From the NCBI GenBank assembly GCA_038087875.1, contig CM075977.1, positions 266,724,001 through 266,788,000 of the forward strand: DNA of 64,000 nucleotides. Reading direction: 5' to 3'. The stretch is from Malacoraja senta (taxonomy: Eukaryota). This document shows positions 38,432-52,045 of the stretch, in pieces. The stretch's first letter is position 1. Each line of letters starts with the position of its first letter. Below the pieces are notes generated by a model. The model saw only the letters and a program-made list of their open reading frames with translations. It was not told the origin of the DNA and searched no databases. Position numbers and translations under genes: made by a program.

Positions 38432-40684
38432 TTAGACAGTAACTTACCCACACTCGTGACACTAATATTCCCTCATTTGTTCTTGAATGTTGCTATTCAA
38501 ACTTTTATAAAGAAAGAGAAAGGTCATATTGAGGAACTTACTGGTGGATGATGCATGACATTTAAATAGCATCCATGCACTGAAATGAATCCTGTGGAGG
38601 AGTTTTCCACAATGAATTTCTTCCAAACATCTCATGAGCGACACGCATCCTATCTTTAAAAGACACTAAGTGCTGGAGTAACTGAGCAGGTCAGGCAGCA
38701 TCTTCGAAGGACATGAGTATGTGATTTTTCAGGATTCCTTTCGCAAGCCAGCATCTGCACTTTCTTGTGTCTACTTCATATCTTTCAATGTTTGAAGAAA
38801 AGATGGATCCAATGGTACAGAATATTGTTCTATAAATCACCTCAAAACCTACATTTCGTGGATCATGCTGCACGTCATCATTAAAGTGATGTTAGTACAA
38901 TGTTGCAGCACAGTTTAAAACGTGCAAGAGGTTTGTTTCCATTGATATACTTACTTTAACAATCGCTCAACTAATGGAAGTCTTTAATTCATGTGCAATT
39001 ACATTTATTTATCAGGCTTTTTTTGTGTGATTTGGCATCAACTTTCTTTTATTTTGTTTTCAGTTTGTTTAAATGTTCAGGCACATCTCCATTTGGGAAT
39101 AAATCCCAATCCGGCAGAAAATGCTAATGTGATCTTTCAGAAATATCTGCAGAACAATTTATTACTTGTCCTTTAGATTCTGTCATTATTGTCAAGAAGA
39201 GGTCATGTCTCGTTGGCTCTGCTGTTCAGCAAATACATGCACATTACTTGTCATGAGCACATGCTAATGGAACCATCTAAACTTCACACTGATACACACT
39301 TTGTGTACAAAATCATGAGAGCAATAGATCAGGTAGAGTCTCTTACCCAGAGTAGGTGAATCGAGGACCTGAGGACATAGATTTAACGTGAAGGAGAAAC
39401 GATTTAGTAGGAATCTGAGTGGTAACTTTTTCACACAATGGGTGGTGGGTGTATGGAACAAACTACCAGAGGAGGTCATTGAGGCTGGGACTAGCCGAAC
39501 GTTTATGAAGCAGTTAGGCAGGTACATGGATAGAGGGATATGGACCAAACGCAGGCAAATGGGAATAGTGTAGCTAGTGTAACGATGATAAAGGAAACAG
39601 GCCATTGTTGGCTGTTTGCTAGGTGAGAGCGGGAACCTGGTGCGACTTGGGTGGGGGAGCGATGGAGAGAGAGGGAGTGTAGGGGTTCCTTGAAGTTGGA
39701 GGAATCAATATTCATACTCTTGGGTTGTAATATGTGTCATCCACAAAATGCTCTGTAATAACTCACCTTGCTGCATAAGAGAATGTGTGCTAATATGTGC
39801 GCATTTGTCCGTAAATTATTTTTCTGAGTTTAGAGATTAAAATCAAACCTCAAGAGTCAAGAGTGCTTTATTGTCATACAGGTATGTCCTGAAACAGTAC
39901 GATGGATGAAATACTTACTTGCAGCAGCACGGTAGACACATAAACCTGTGTGGCCAGGGTGTTCACATTTCCTTTGACTGTAAATACCTTGCCTGTTGTG
40001 TAGGAATGAACTAATGATGCTGGTTTACACCGAAGCTGGACACAAAATGCTGGAGTAACTCAGTGTGTCAGGCAGCATCTGGGGAGAAAAGGAATAGGTG
40101 ACGTTCCGGGTCGAGAATCTGAACCCAAAAGAGCGGAACATATGGATAGAGATTTAAACCTTCTATCCTATATTAGAAAATAAACCCCACATCATCTGTT
40201 GTTTGAGCAGTAACCTTAAGCTGTATCTTTTGCTGAACACTCACTGATTGTCCCTTCCCACTTGGGAATTGCCGGATATAATCTATTCACTGCGTGAATC
40301 CAAAGAAATGGGTATTGTGCAAATTGGAATCGAGCTAATGCGGCATTAACTATTTTTTAATATTTCAGAGAGTGATGACACCATTCACTCATGCTGTGCC
40401 TGTGCGAGATTGTGGTGATTGAGCAACACAGCACAGAGCTAGTCTTCCTATATTCACATCACAATGACCCGCTACACATGAGAGGCAATTTACAGTGACC
40501 AATTTACCTACCAACCCACTTCTCTTTGGGATATGGGGGGGGGGGGGGAACTGGAGGACCCATAGGAAGCCCACACAGTTACAGGTGCAAACTCTACATG
40601 TATAACATTGGAGATCATGGGTTAATCTGGAGGTTGCACCTCTACTAGTTTGCTCACCCAAAACATACAGTTTCTTAGTTTTTA

Positions 40685-40985
40685 ATTTTTGCGATACAGC
40701 GTGAAAACAGGCCGTTCCACGCACCGAGTCCGCGCCGACCAGCGTTCCCCGTACACTAGCACCATCCTACACACCGGGGCCAATTTACAATTTTTACCAA
40801 AGCCGAATTAACCTACAAACCTGCAGGTCTTTGGAATGTGTGAGATGAAACCGGAGTTACCAGGTATAACCGGAGTTACCAGGTATAATGTACAAACTCC
40901 ATACAGACAGCACCTATAGTCAGGATCAAACCCGGGTCTCTGGTGCTGTAAGGCAGCAACTCTACGCTGCAGCACCGTGCCACCT
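40685..40985 (-). mobile_element. V-SINE (HE1-like)
   Basis: tRNA-like head and CR1-like tail. Confidence 0.75.
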
Positions 40986-41819
40986 TCCGTAAATCAGTTT
41001 GACCATATAAAGTCAATAGTAGTGCACAGCCAATATTTGCGCCAGGAAGATTACCAGCCTTGGTGTGGGCAAGTTGGGCTGAAAGGCCTGTTTCCACACT
41101 GTATGACTGTAGGCCTGAGATTTTCAACACTTCTGCTTTGAATCACAAGAGATGTTTATTCACAGAGAACCAGCTTTGAAGAAGGTCTCGCCCCAAAACG
41201 TCACCCTTTCCTTCTTTCCAGAGATGCAGCATCTACGCATCAAAAGCCCACCCCAAGCATACAAAATAATTCTGCAAGAAATATCTAGACAAAATAATAA
41301 AATATGCTAACAGTAACTCGCCTAAGCAAGAATGGCTCCTACACTTGTAGTAATTTCTTGTCATGCTCTCCTGTGTAGTAAAGTGAGCTGTCAAAACGAC
41401 TTTAGTTTAGTTTAGAAATACAGTGCCGAAACAGCCCCTTCGGCCCACCGTGTCCGTGTTGACCAGTGATCCCCGCACATTAACCCTATCCGACACACTG
41501 GTGACAATTTACAATTTTTACCAAAGCCAAATTAACCAACAAACCTGCAGGTCTTTGGAGTGTGGGTGGAAACCGGAGCACCCAGGGAAAACCCACGCGG
41601 TCAGGGGGAGAAAGTACTAACTCCTGAGGATTTTTTTGTCGTGTTCTTTGGGGCAGTTTTTACCTTTTAAAAACCAACTTGCAGTCCTATCAGACAATTA
41701 TCTGAGCTGGATAAGGTGCTCAAGTCAACTTGAACTCACTGTTTCAAAGTGAGACCTTTGGAAATCTTTTCTGGTGGCCCCACTGGAGCAATAAAATAAT
41801 GTTCTCTGGTTATAAAAAA

Positions 41820-42470
41820 AAAAGCAAACTCAATGCTAGCATTTATTTCTAGAGGGCTTGTATACAAAAACAGAAGTGTAATGCTGAGGCTCTATAAGGC
41901 ATTAGTAAGGCCGCATTTGGAATATTGTGAGCAATTTTGGGCACCATATCTGAGGAGGGATGTGTTGGCTCTGGAGAGGATCCAGATGAGATTTACAAGA
42001 ATGATCTCAGGAATGAGTAGGTAAACCTATGATGAGCGTTTGTCGGCACTGGGCCTGTACTCACTGGAGTTTAGAAGAATGAGGGGGACCTTTATTAAAA
42101 CATACAGAATAGTGAAAGGCTTGGATAGAGTGGATGTGGAGAGGATGTTTCCACTAGTGGAAGAGTCTGACTAGAGGTCATATCCTCAGAATTAAAGGAC
42201 GTTCTTTTTGAAAGGAGATGAGGAGAAATTTATTTTGTCAGAGGGTGGTGAATCTGTGGAATTTTTGCCACACAAGGCTGTGGGGGCCAAGTCAATTGAT
42301 ATTTTTAAGGCAGAGATTGATAGATTCTTGATTAGTACAGGTGTCAGAGGTTACAGGGAAAAGACTGGAGAATGGGGTTAGGAGGGAGTGATAGATCAGC
42401 CATGATTGAATGGCAGAGTAGACTTGATGGGCAGAATGGCCTAATTCTACACCTATCACATGAACTTATG
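41820..42470 (+). mobile_element. CR1 3' end
   Basis: MLAFISRGL.YK...LRLYKALVRPHLEYC.QFWAP plus 3' UTR. Confidence 0.88.
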
Positions 42471-43279
42471 ACCTATATCTTCTGGTGGAGGGCATCCAAG
42501 GCACAATGGATATTTTTTGGGGAGAATTGTCCGAATCCAAAGTTCCCCAAAAACCCACTATTGATGCCTTGGTTTGCAAAGAAGTGGCTTAACACATTAC
42601 CTTGGGGGACATGCAGCAGAACCGATATACTAGAGGGAAAGATTATGAGAATGAGTAAAAAGTGAGACAACAATAGAAAACTTTGAGTATGCAGTCTTTC
42701 TTCATTGTCATTAACAAGTTGGTTGCAATTTATTACAGAAACTAAGGGTTGGTGTGCATTTTTGCATCAGCCAATCTATCCAATTCTGAGATTCCACACA
42801 CAAGTACCTTAAATGTGTCACTTTATCAGCTATGATTTTCTTAGGTCTGCTGGCTGGGATAAATTCCCTCTGCATTGTCAGTATTACACACTAATACTTC
42901 AATGCCTGACAAATGCCATAATATATGCTAAGGCAGATGCATCTCAGAGGCTCTATTTCTGTCAGTTTCAGGGCTATTTAAAGACACCTTCTGCCAATGA
43001 TTTATGTTGTACAATTCAGACACTTTGCTAAGAAGTTTAGTCATACATCGAGGCACATAAATGTTACAATGGTTGAAAGCCAAGAAGGGCAAAACACAGA
43101 GGAAGGGAAAGGACCTCGGTTAGTTCAGTGGGTAAATGTGCGATAGTGTGTGTCACTGAATCGTACCGTACAGACTGTTTGAATTACAGATTATGGTCCA
43201 TTTTACGTACTACAATTTTATCTTATTGAGCATTAGAGAAACAAAATTGCATCTCAGTGAATATGTATCTGAGTGCTGG

Positions 43280-44135
43280 TAGACACAAAATGCTGGAGTA
43301 ACTCAGCGGGACAGGCAGCATCTCTGGAGAGAAGAAATGGGTGACGTTTCGGGTCGAGACCCTTCTTCAGACTGATGTCAGGGGAGTGGGGGAGACAGAG
43401 ATAGAATGTAGTCAGAGACAGTAACTGGGAAGGGGGAGGTGATGGAGAGAGAGGGAAAGCAAAGGCTATCTGAAGTTAGAGGTCAATGTTCATACCGCTG
43501 GGGTGTAAGCTAACCAAGCGAAATATGAGGTGCTGTTCCTCAAATTTGCTCTGGGCCTCACTCTGACAATGGAGGAGGCCCAGTACAGAAAGGTCAGATT
43601 GGGAATGGGAGGGGGAGTTAAAGTGCTGAGCAACCGGGAGATCAGGTAGGTTGAAGCGGACTGAGCGCAGGTGTTCAGTGAAACGATCGCCGAGCCTGCG
43701 CTTGGTCTCACCATTGTACAGAAGTTGACACCTGGAACAGTGGGTACAGCAGATGAGGTGGAGGAGGCGCAAGTGAACGTCTGTCTCACCTGGAAAGAGT
43801 TGGGGTCTTTGGATGGAATCGAGGGGGGAGGTAAAGGGACAGGTGTTGCATCTGGGGAGGGGTGGTTTGGTTGGGAAGGGATGAGTTAACCAGGGAGTTG
43901 CAGAGGGAACGGTCTCTGCGGAAAGCAGAAAGGGGTGGAGATGGGAAGTTGTGGCCAGTAGTGGGATCCCATTGGAGGTGGCGAAAGTGTTGGAGGATAA
44001 TATGCTGTATGCGACGGCTGATGGGGTGGAAGGTGAGGACAAGGGAGACTCTGTTCTTGTTGCGACTGGGGGTGGGGGAACAAGAGCGGAGCTACGGGAT
44101 ATCGAGTAGACCGTAGTGAGGGCCTCATCTATAAT
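43280..44135 (-). mobile_element. Penelope-like element 3' part: GIY-YIG endonuclease plus pLTR with minimal hammerhead
   Basis: LY.GETKRRLGDRF.EHLRSV...PVAQHFN...EEQHLIFRL....P.GMN. Confidence 0.88.
43338..43374 (-). ncRNA. Minimal Penelope-type hammerhead ribozyme
   Basis: CUGAAGA-AGGGUC/GACCC-GAAACGUC with palindromic ACGU stem III. Confidence 0.7.
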
Positions 44136-44269
44136 GGTTGAGCTTATGTAAAGTGATATTTGTAATGAACTGTATACAAAAATGAATTTCACTGTACCTC
44201 GGTACATGCGACAAATAAAGTGCCATAACTTTACTATTCTTCATCAAGTTATCCAATGAAATGTAGCAG

Positions 44270-44910
44270 CACAATGGCACAGCTGGTAGAGCTGTTGCTT
44301 CACAGCTCCAGCGACCCAGGTTCGATCTTGACCTTGGCTGCTGTCAGCGAGTAGTTTGTACATTTGGCACATTGGGCGACACAGTTCCGCAGCGGTTTAG
44401 CTGCTGCCGTACAGCACCAGAGACCCAGCTTTCATCCTGACTGCAGGTGCTCTCTGCACGGAGTTTGTACTTTCTCCCTGTTACCGCATGGGTTTTCTCC
44501 GGGCGCTGAGGTTTCCTCCCACATTCCAGAGACGTGCAGGTTTGTAAGTTAATTGGCTTCTTTAAAATGTCCCCAGTGTGTAGAATAGACCAGTGTGTGG
44601 GTGATCATTGGTCAGTGCGGAACCGATGGGCCAAACGGCCTGTTTCCATACTGTATCTCTGAACTAAACTAAACTAAAACTCTCCCTGTGAACATGTGGG
44701 GGGTTTTCTGGCCACTCCAGTTTCCTCCCACTTCCCAAAGACGTGCGGATTTGTAGGTTCATTGGCCTCTGTAAATTGCTCCTAAAGTGTAGGGGGAGGA
44801 TGAGAAAATAGGGTAGCATCGACTTAGGGTGCATGGGCTTTCAATGGGTCGGCATGGGCTTGGTGAGCCAAAGGGCCTGTTGCCATGTCTATCTTTAAGC
44901 ATAAACTATA
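44270..44910 (+). mobile_element. Nested V-SINE within V-SINE
   Basis: Head at 44270 interrupted by a full SINE 44365-44680; V-domain resumes at 44680. Confidence 0.75.
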
Positions 44911-46109
44911 CTAAACTTCACATTCGTTTGAAAAGACAGAAAGAGTTGAACACCTATAATACTGCACAATGCTCTAGTTTTTGGAGTGGCCTAACACCTG
45001 CAGCTCTCTGTTTCAGAGAGATGAGCATCAGCAAGGATAATGCACAAATATCATAAAATGCCTGGTTTGTTGACTCCAATGTCCATAACAGCATTGTGAC
45101 CTAGAACACTAACCTTGAGTAAAACTGGAGCAAAACACAAAGTGCTGGTCAGCGGGTCAAGCAAAATCTTTGGAGGACATCAATAGGCAAAGTTTCAGGC
45201 TGGGCCATGCAGGCTACAGAGAACACACAGAAAGATATGCTTTTGTAATGCATCTAAGGCACCTGCTTGCTTGACTAGACCGTAAGCTCTGAAGTGGTGG
45301 CATTTAATCTGCTCGGAGATGGCATGTACCCCTGACTTTGGACAGAGTTTCATGGGCTACTTTATAACATCAAAACAGGAGTCAAATAGTTGACATCTTC
45401 AGAGATCCAAGCCTGGCCCAGAAGCTGAAATGAAGAGGTGCAGAAGGAGAGATGACAGATCCTCGGAGAACATTTGAGTTAATGGAAAATTGTGTTAATT
45501 CAGCACAGAATAAACAAGCCCAATTTTTTGCTGAATTTAAAAAATAGTTAAACTGAGAGTAAAATGTAATAGCTTGAAATGTCTAACACTGCCAACTACT
45601 CAAAAATGTATAATTATTTTCTTGGTATGAATATGAATGTGTCATGAGTCAAAACATTCAGCTCATTATTCGTCATTATAACTGTACATCGTGTATTTTA
45701 AATATATTTAACATTAAAATTAGGATTTTAATTGCACTGCATTAAGAGAGCACTGACACCGAGATTGTACTTTGGAAGCAGTATATCATTTTCCAAGAAA
45801 TTCGGGGGAAAGCTGGCTAGCCAGTTACACATTGGCTTCTAGTTACCAGCTTGGTCTCTGCCACAACTTCCATTCCCACTGGAAGAGAAAAAGGACACAG
45901 TGCAAAATGTTTTGCTGATTGTGATAGTCACAGTCATATAGCACGGAAAATGGCCCTTCAACTCACCGTGTCCATGCCATCCTTCAGTACCTAGCAATTT
46001 TGACCCCAATTGCCAGCTCTTGCTCCACAGACGTCCATGGGTTGGTGATTCAAGACCTTGTCCAGATACTGTGCTTAAGTGCTGTGAGAGTACCTAACTT
46101 CAAGATGTC

Positions 46110-46590
46110 AACAAAATAGAGAGAGTACAGAGGAGATTTACTAGAATGTTGCCTGGGTTTCAGCAACTAAGTTACAGAGAAAGGTTGAACAAGTTAGGTC
46201 TTTATTCTTTGGAGCGCAGAAGGTTAAGGGGGGACTTGATAGATGGATAGACAGAGTTGACGTGGATAAGCTTTTTCCATTGAGAATAGGGAAGATTCAA
46301 ACAAGTGGATATGATTTGAGAATTAAGGGACATAAGTTTAGGGGTAACATGAGGGGGGACTTCTTTACTCAGAGAGTGGTAGCTGTGTGGAATGAGCTTC
46401 CAGTGGAAGTGGTGGAGGCAGGTTCGATTTGATCATTTAAAAATAAATTGGATAGGTATATGGACGGGAAAGGAATGGAGGGTTATGGTCTGAGTGCAGG
46501 TAGATGGATCTAGGTGAGAATAAGTGTTCGGCACGGACTAGAAGGGCCGAGATGGCCTGTTTCCGTGCTGTAATTGTTATATGGTTATAT
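46110..46590 (+). mobile_element. CR1 3' end
   Basis: ERVQRRFTRMLPG...LGLYSLERRRLRGDL; (TTATATGG)-type tail. Confidence 0.85.
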
Positions 46591-47614
46591 GGTTCTCCCA
46601 CCCACTCAAGGAGTGTGTCCCAAACTTCAACTACCCCTTGGGTGAAACAAAAAGCTTCCTTAGTTGTTGTCTAAATATCTTACCCCATACTGTGAACCTG
46701 TCCCATATTTTGAAACATCTCTGCCTTGGGGGAAAGTTTCCATTATCTACCCTATCGTTGACCCACATAATTTTGTATTACTGCAAGCCCATTTCATGCT
46801 GCAGGCAGAGAGGATATTTGCCCCCATTAGGTTAGAAGCAGGAGAATACCTTTACATCTGTAATAAATTCAGAATTAGTAAAAGGAGAGGTGATTCATGG
46901 CGTGCGGAGTTGCTATTGTTTAAACATGCAATAGTACTTACTTATGTGCTATGATCAGTGTTTCAATCTCTTTCATTATTTACTTATTTTATGCAGTCAG
47001 TATAAATACGCATTAAAATGCTGATAATATCTGTCAAATTTATGCATGACATTTCCTTCACACTATGGCAAAGTTAGTTTGCGCAACGTACATGTACTGG
47101 AAGGGACTAATAGTCTCGGTAAAAAACTCAGCCCAGTCATATTCTTTGCCTGCGTTGGAAGGAACTGCGGATGCTGGTTTACAGTGAAGATAGACACAAA
47201 ACGCTGGAGTAAAACTGCGGGTCAGGTAGCATCTCTGGAGAAAAAGTATAGGTGACGTTTCAAATCGAGTCCCTTCTTCAGACTGAATATTGTGTGCTTT
47301 CTTGACCACCTCGCAGAGGCAAGGGAACAAAGATGTTAAGCAGTTACTTAGGCATATAAGAGGAAGGAAGATTAAATTATCTGCCCTTTTTAATAAATTA
47401 GTGTGATTGAAATTGTTTGTATACACTAGAGAATATTCATCACTATGTTCCCGGTGGTAAACTAGTCTAGTGCTTCTTCCTACCCTACCCTTCTAGCTTT
47501 TAACCATTCTTTCATTTGTTACAGCTCAAAGTCAAATCAGAACTCATCTCACCATTCACCTATTTACCACCTGATCTTCCATTTTTGAGAAATGTAAACC
47601 CTTTCTTAGTTCTG

Positions 47615-48340
47615 ATTAGTTTAGTTTAATTTAAAGATACAGCGTGGAGGTAGGCCCTTCAGCCAACCGAGTCTGCGCCGACCAGCGATCCCCATACAAC
47701 AGCACTACCCTACTCACTAGGGACAATTTACACCAGGGGTCGGCAACTTTGTTCTGCATAGGGGCCGGGACGCATGTCTGTGAGCGGATGGCGGGCCACA
47801 TCTATCAGGTGTACACATGGATCCCGCCCCGGATGGCAGGCATCAAATCACGTGTTCACAGAAGGTAGACAAAATTGCTGGAGAAACTCAGCGGGTGAGG
47901 CAGCCTCATGCAATCCTTGCATGTCTGGCCCGCTGAGTTTCTCCAGCATTTTTGTCTACCTTCGATTTTTCCAGCGTCTGTAGTTCTTTCTTAAACGTGT
48001 TCACAGAAGGTGCGTGGCCGTGCCGGCGGCTTTGCGCAGGATGCGGTACAGCCAGAGCTCGGCCGCGCTCGGGGTGGGCGCTCGGCGGGCCGGATGATTT
48101 TGGGTTACGGGCCGCATTCGGCCCAGGAGCCGTAGGTTGCCAACCCCTGATTTATACCAAAGCCAATTAAACTACAAACCTTTACATCTTTGGAATGTGG
48201 GAGGAAATCAGACCATCCCGGAGAAAACCCACGCGGTCACGGAGAGAACGTACGAACCGTACAGACAACACCCGTAGTCAGGATAGAACCCGGTCTCTGG
48301 TGCTGTACGGCAGCAACTTTACCGCTGCACCACCATGCCA
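47615..48340 (-). mobile_element. V-SINE hosting a hAT MITE
   Basis: SINE halves at 47615-47733 and 48150-48340. Confidence 0.8.
47734..48149. mobile_element. hAT (Charlie-like) MITE
   Basis: TIR CAGGGGTCGGCAAC / GTTGCCAACCCCTG; 8-bp TSD ATTTACAC/ATTTATAC. Confidence 0.88.
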
Positions 48341-49394
48341 CCCCAAGATGAATAGTATTCCATTTGAAACAATAACCATTTTCCACTTTCCACAAATGCT
48401 GGCTGACCTGCTAATTGATCCCTGCATTTTCTGATTTATTTTAAATTTCCAGCACCTTTCCAACAAAACCAGCATCTTGGACAGCATGGTTGAGTCGGGC
48501 CGAAAGGCCTGTTTCCGTGCTGTATGACTATGACTAGTTTAGGAAGCCGAGTTCTTTCCCTCTCCTGCATATGCTTGTACTATTTTTGCATGGGCGACAT
48601 TGACTTGAAGGGAGAACAATAAAAATAAGAGGTTGCAGTTGCCTTCAATGACATGCTGATAACCAAATGCCGCCTTCATTTTGAAAGTGGCATTTTTAGC
48701 CGGAATGGCACAAAAGACCATCCTTCAATTCCATCCGCTGACCTCACATGAGTTTTGGTGACACTTTGACAGGGGCACCACTCAATTGCACAAATGAGGT
48801 GTAGGCAACAGATTGCATAATCATGGAGCCAATCCTCTCAGCTAAATTGGCTTGTAACTGCTGTAAAGCTCAGGCAATGTGCAGCTGCTCTGAATTACCA
48901 GTGCTCCACCGCACAATCTGCTTAGCGAACAGGCTCCAGTCTATTGTGCTCCATAGTTAACCATGTTTACAAGCTGTGAAGAAGAAAAAAACAATATTCA
49001 AGAGCATTGATAATTTTACAGGTCGCGGCATTCAGTGATAATCAGGTGAGTACTGAGAGGTGGCAAATGCCAGGGGGCAGGGTGGCGTGGCCAGAGTGTG
49101 GGAGGCTAAAAGTGTGTGGAGGTCACGGCTTGGTGGGAGTAGTAGTAGTGATGAACGATGGTGACAGGAAACTAATGGGAAAGGCCTGAGCTGTGACTGG
49201 CCATTGATCTTGGAAAAGCACGGTTCCGTCTTGGTACCCAGGAAGGAATTCTTTTAGAATTTCATTTATATTTCTCAGTTTTTTGTGGTGCCAGAGAATC
49301 ATGAGTAGGATTGATTTAAAAAAAATACACTGTCTGGTGCTTAGGTGAATTTTTTAAATATGGTCCTTTAGCAGATGCTGGATCAAGGAAAAAA

Positions 49395-50165
49395 AAGAAT
49401 GGATCTACTGGGCTTATATCCACTGGCATTTAGAAGGATGAGAGGGGATCTTATAGAAACATATACAATTCTTAAGGGATTGGACAGGATTGATGCAGGA
49501 AAAATGTCCCCGAAGTTGGGGGAGTGTAGGACCAGGGGTCACAGTTTAAGAATAAGGGGTAGGCCATTTAGGACTGAGATGAGGATAGACCTTTTCACCC
49601 AGAGAGTTGTGAATCTGTGGAATTCTCTGCCACACAAGGTAGTGGAGGCCAATTTGCTGGGTTTTCAAGAGAGTTAGATAGAGCTCTTAGGGCTAATGGA
49701 ATCAAGGGATATGGGGAGAAAGCAGCAACAGGGTACTGATTCTGGATGATCAGCCATGATCACATTGAATGGTGGTCCTGGCTCGAAGGGCCAAATGACC
49801 TACGCCTGCACCTATTTTTCTATGTTTCTAAGGATAAACGTGGAAAAGATAGGGTGAATGTACATAGTCGTTCACCCAGGGAAAGCTGGAGGACAGACGT
49901 TTAAAGTGAGAGGGGCAAGATTTAATAGGAACCTGAGGGGCAACTTTTTCACTCAGAGGGTGGTGGGTATATGGACTGAGCTGCCAGAGGGAAGTAATTG
50001 AGGTAGGTACAATAATAGCATTTTAAAGACACTTGGACAGCTACGTGGATAGGAAAGGTTCAGAGAGATATGGGCTAAATGCGGGCAAGTGGGACTACCG
50101 TAGATGGGGTTTCTTAGTCTGCATGTACGAGTTGGGCCGAAGGGCCTGGTTCCAGGACTCTATGT
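49395..50165 (+). mobile_element. Two adjacent CR1 3' ends
   Basis: LGLY.L.FRRMRGDLIETY.ILKGLDR and 3' UTRs. Confidence 0.8.
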
Positions 50166-51414
50166 TGACAGTGGCTAACTCTTGCCATTGGTCTGTACCT
50201 CCTGCTATATGTCTAAAAAAAATTACAATGGGAACTTGTACACTTCCCTAATCCCCCAGTAGCACAGGGCGCAGCTGGTAGAGCTGCTGTCTCAGCACCG
50301 GAGACCCAGGTTTAATCCTGATATCAGGTGCTTTCTGTGTGGAGTTTGCATGTTCTTTCCATGATCGTGTGTGTTTTCTCTGGGTGCTCCAGTTTTCTCT
50401 CACATCCCAAAAAACCTGTGGGTTTGTAGATTAATTGGCCTCTGTATATTGAAAAAAATCGTTCTAATGTTCAGGAATGTATGAGATAGTGGGATAACAG
50501 TGTGTTGCTGTGTGTTGGTGTTTCCATGTGCGATGTCGAAAATAAACAGTCTTCATTTTATTAGTTAGAAAGATTGTCAACTGTATGATCAACTTTCTGA
50601 AGGCTGGAACATGACAACTTCTGTACCTTTTATGATTTCTGTGCAGCAACTTCCTCAGTCATGTGGTATTCATGGATTCCACAGCGGTAATCCGCTTGAT
50701 TTCATCTATTAATTCAGCGACTAAAATTCAGACTGTTGTAGTTTCTGTATTACACCATGAAGAGACACCGTGTAGAAAATGTACTTTGGAATATATTCTC
50801 TTTCCATGTTTGAAACTCCTATTTTGTGGCATTTAAATATTGCTTTGTTGAAAAATGAATGACAGATTTTCATTCCATTTCAGAAATTGTCTTATGTTCC
50901 CAGAGTGCCTCTCTGCCTCTCTGCCTTTTTGTGTTTCTGAAATAAAACAAACTCGAACATTTTTAGGAAGACAAAAATGCTGGAGAAACGTTTCGGGTCG
51001 AGACCCTTCTTCAGACCATTTTAGAGTCATACAGACCTCTAAACGGGCCCATTGGCCCAACTTGCTCACACCAACCAACATGTCCCATCTACACTAGTCC
51101 CACCTGCCTTTGTTTGGCCCATATCCCTCTAAACCTATCCAATCCCTGTAACTGTCCAGATATTTCTCAAACGTTGCAATAGTACCCGCCTCAACTACCT
51201 CCTCCAGCTGCTCCATATACCCCCCACCCTTTGTATTTAAAAAAAGTTACCCCTTAGGTTCCTATTAAATCTCCCCCCCCCCCCTTCACGTTTAATGGTC
51301 ATCACTTTCAGTAATAATTAGGTAGGTACTAGGAGAAGATTGAAGTAGCCTAATGTCAGTGGGTGAGGTGGTGTAGTCCAGAAAAAGGGAGGCTAAAATT
51401 GTGTGGAAGCCATT

Positions 51415-52045
51415 AGAGTTCAAGTTCAAGTTCACATTTATTGCCACATGCACCAATTGAGGTACACTGGAATTTGACTTACCATGCAGCCATACAAAGC
51501 ACAATACACAATAGAATATAACATGAACATCCACCACAGTGGAATCAACTTCTTCACTGTGGTGGAAGGCAATAACTTTGTCAGTCCTCCTCCTTTGTTC
51601 ATCCGTGGTCGGGGCGATGAACCCTCCACAGTCGTCGCTACGGATGGCCCGATGTACAGGCCCTCTCGTCGGGATGCTCGAAATTCCGACGTCGGGACGG
51701 ATGGACACTCCACGGCTTGGACGTCCCGAATCGGCCGCTTCCTACTGGAGACCGGGGCTTCACGATGTTATAGGCCGCAGGCCGGCGGCCGGAGCTCTTA
51801 AAGTCCACACCGCACCCGTGGCTAGAAGCTCCGCAGACCGCGGCTTCAGTATGTTATAGGCCGCAGGCCGGCGGTCAGAGCACTTCTTCTGGTGACCCTC
51901 GGCAAGGGCTCGCCCTCTCCGTGATGGGAAGTCCACGCCGCGCCCGTGGCTAGAAGCTCCGCAGACCGCGGCTTCAGAATGCCGTAGTTCGCGGGCCAGC
52001 GATCCTCAGGATGTCGTATCTGCGGGCCAGCGATCGGAGACCCTG
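51415..52045 (-). mobile_element. Non-autonomous retroelement with (TTGAAC)n tail and GC-rich internal tandem repeat
   Basis: Microsatellite tail at 51415-51435; duplicated unit at 51766-51850 and 51852-51978. Confidence 0.5.

Noticed and set aside
44270-44345. tRNA-like sequences with A/B boxes
   Set aside because: SINE heads followed by the V-domain; no intact cloverleaf
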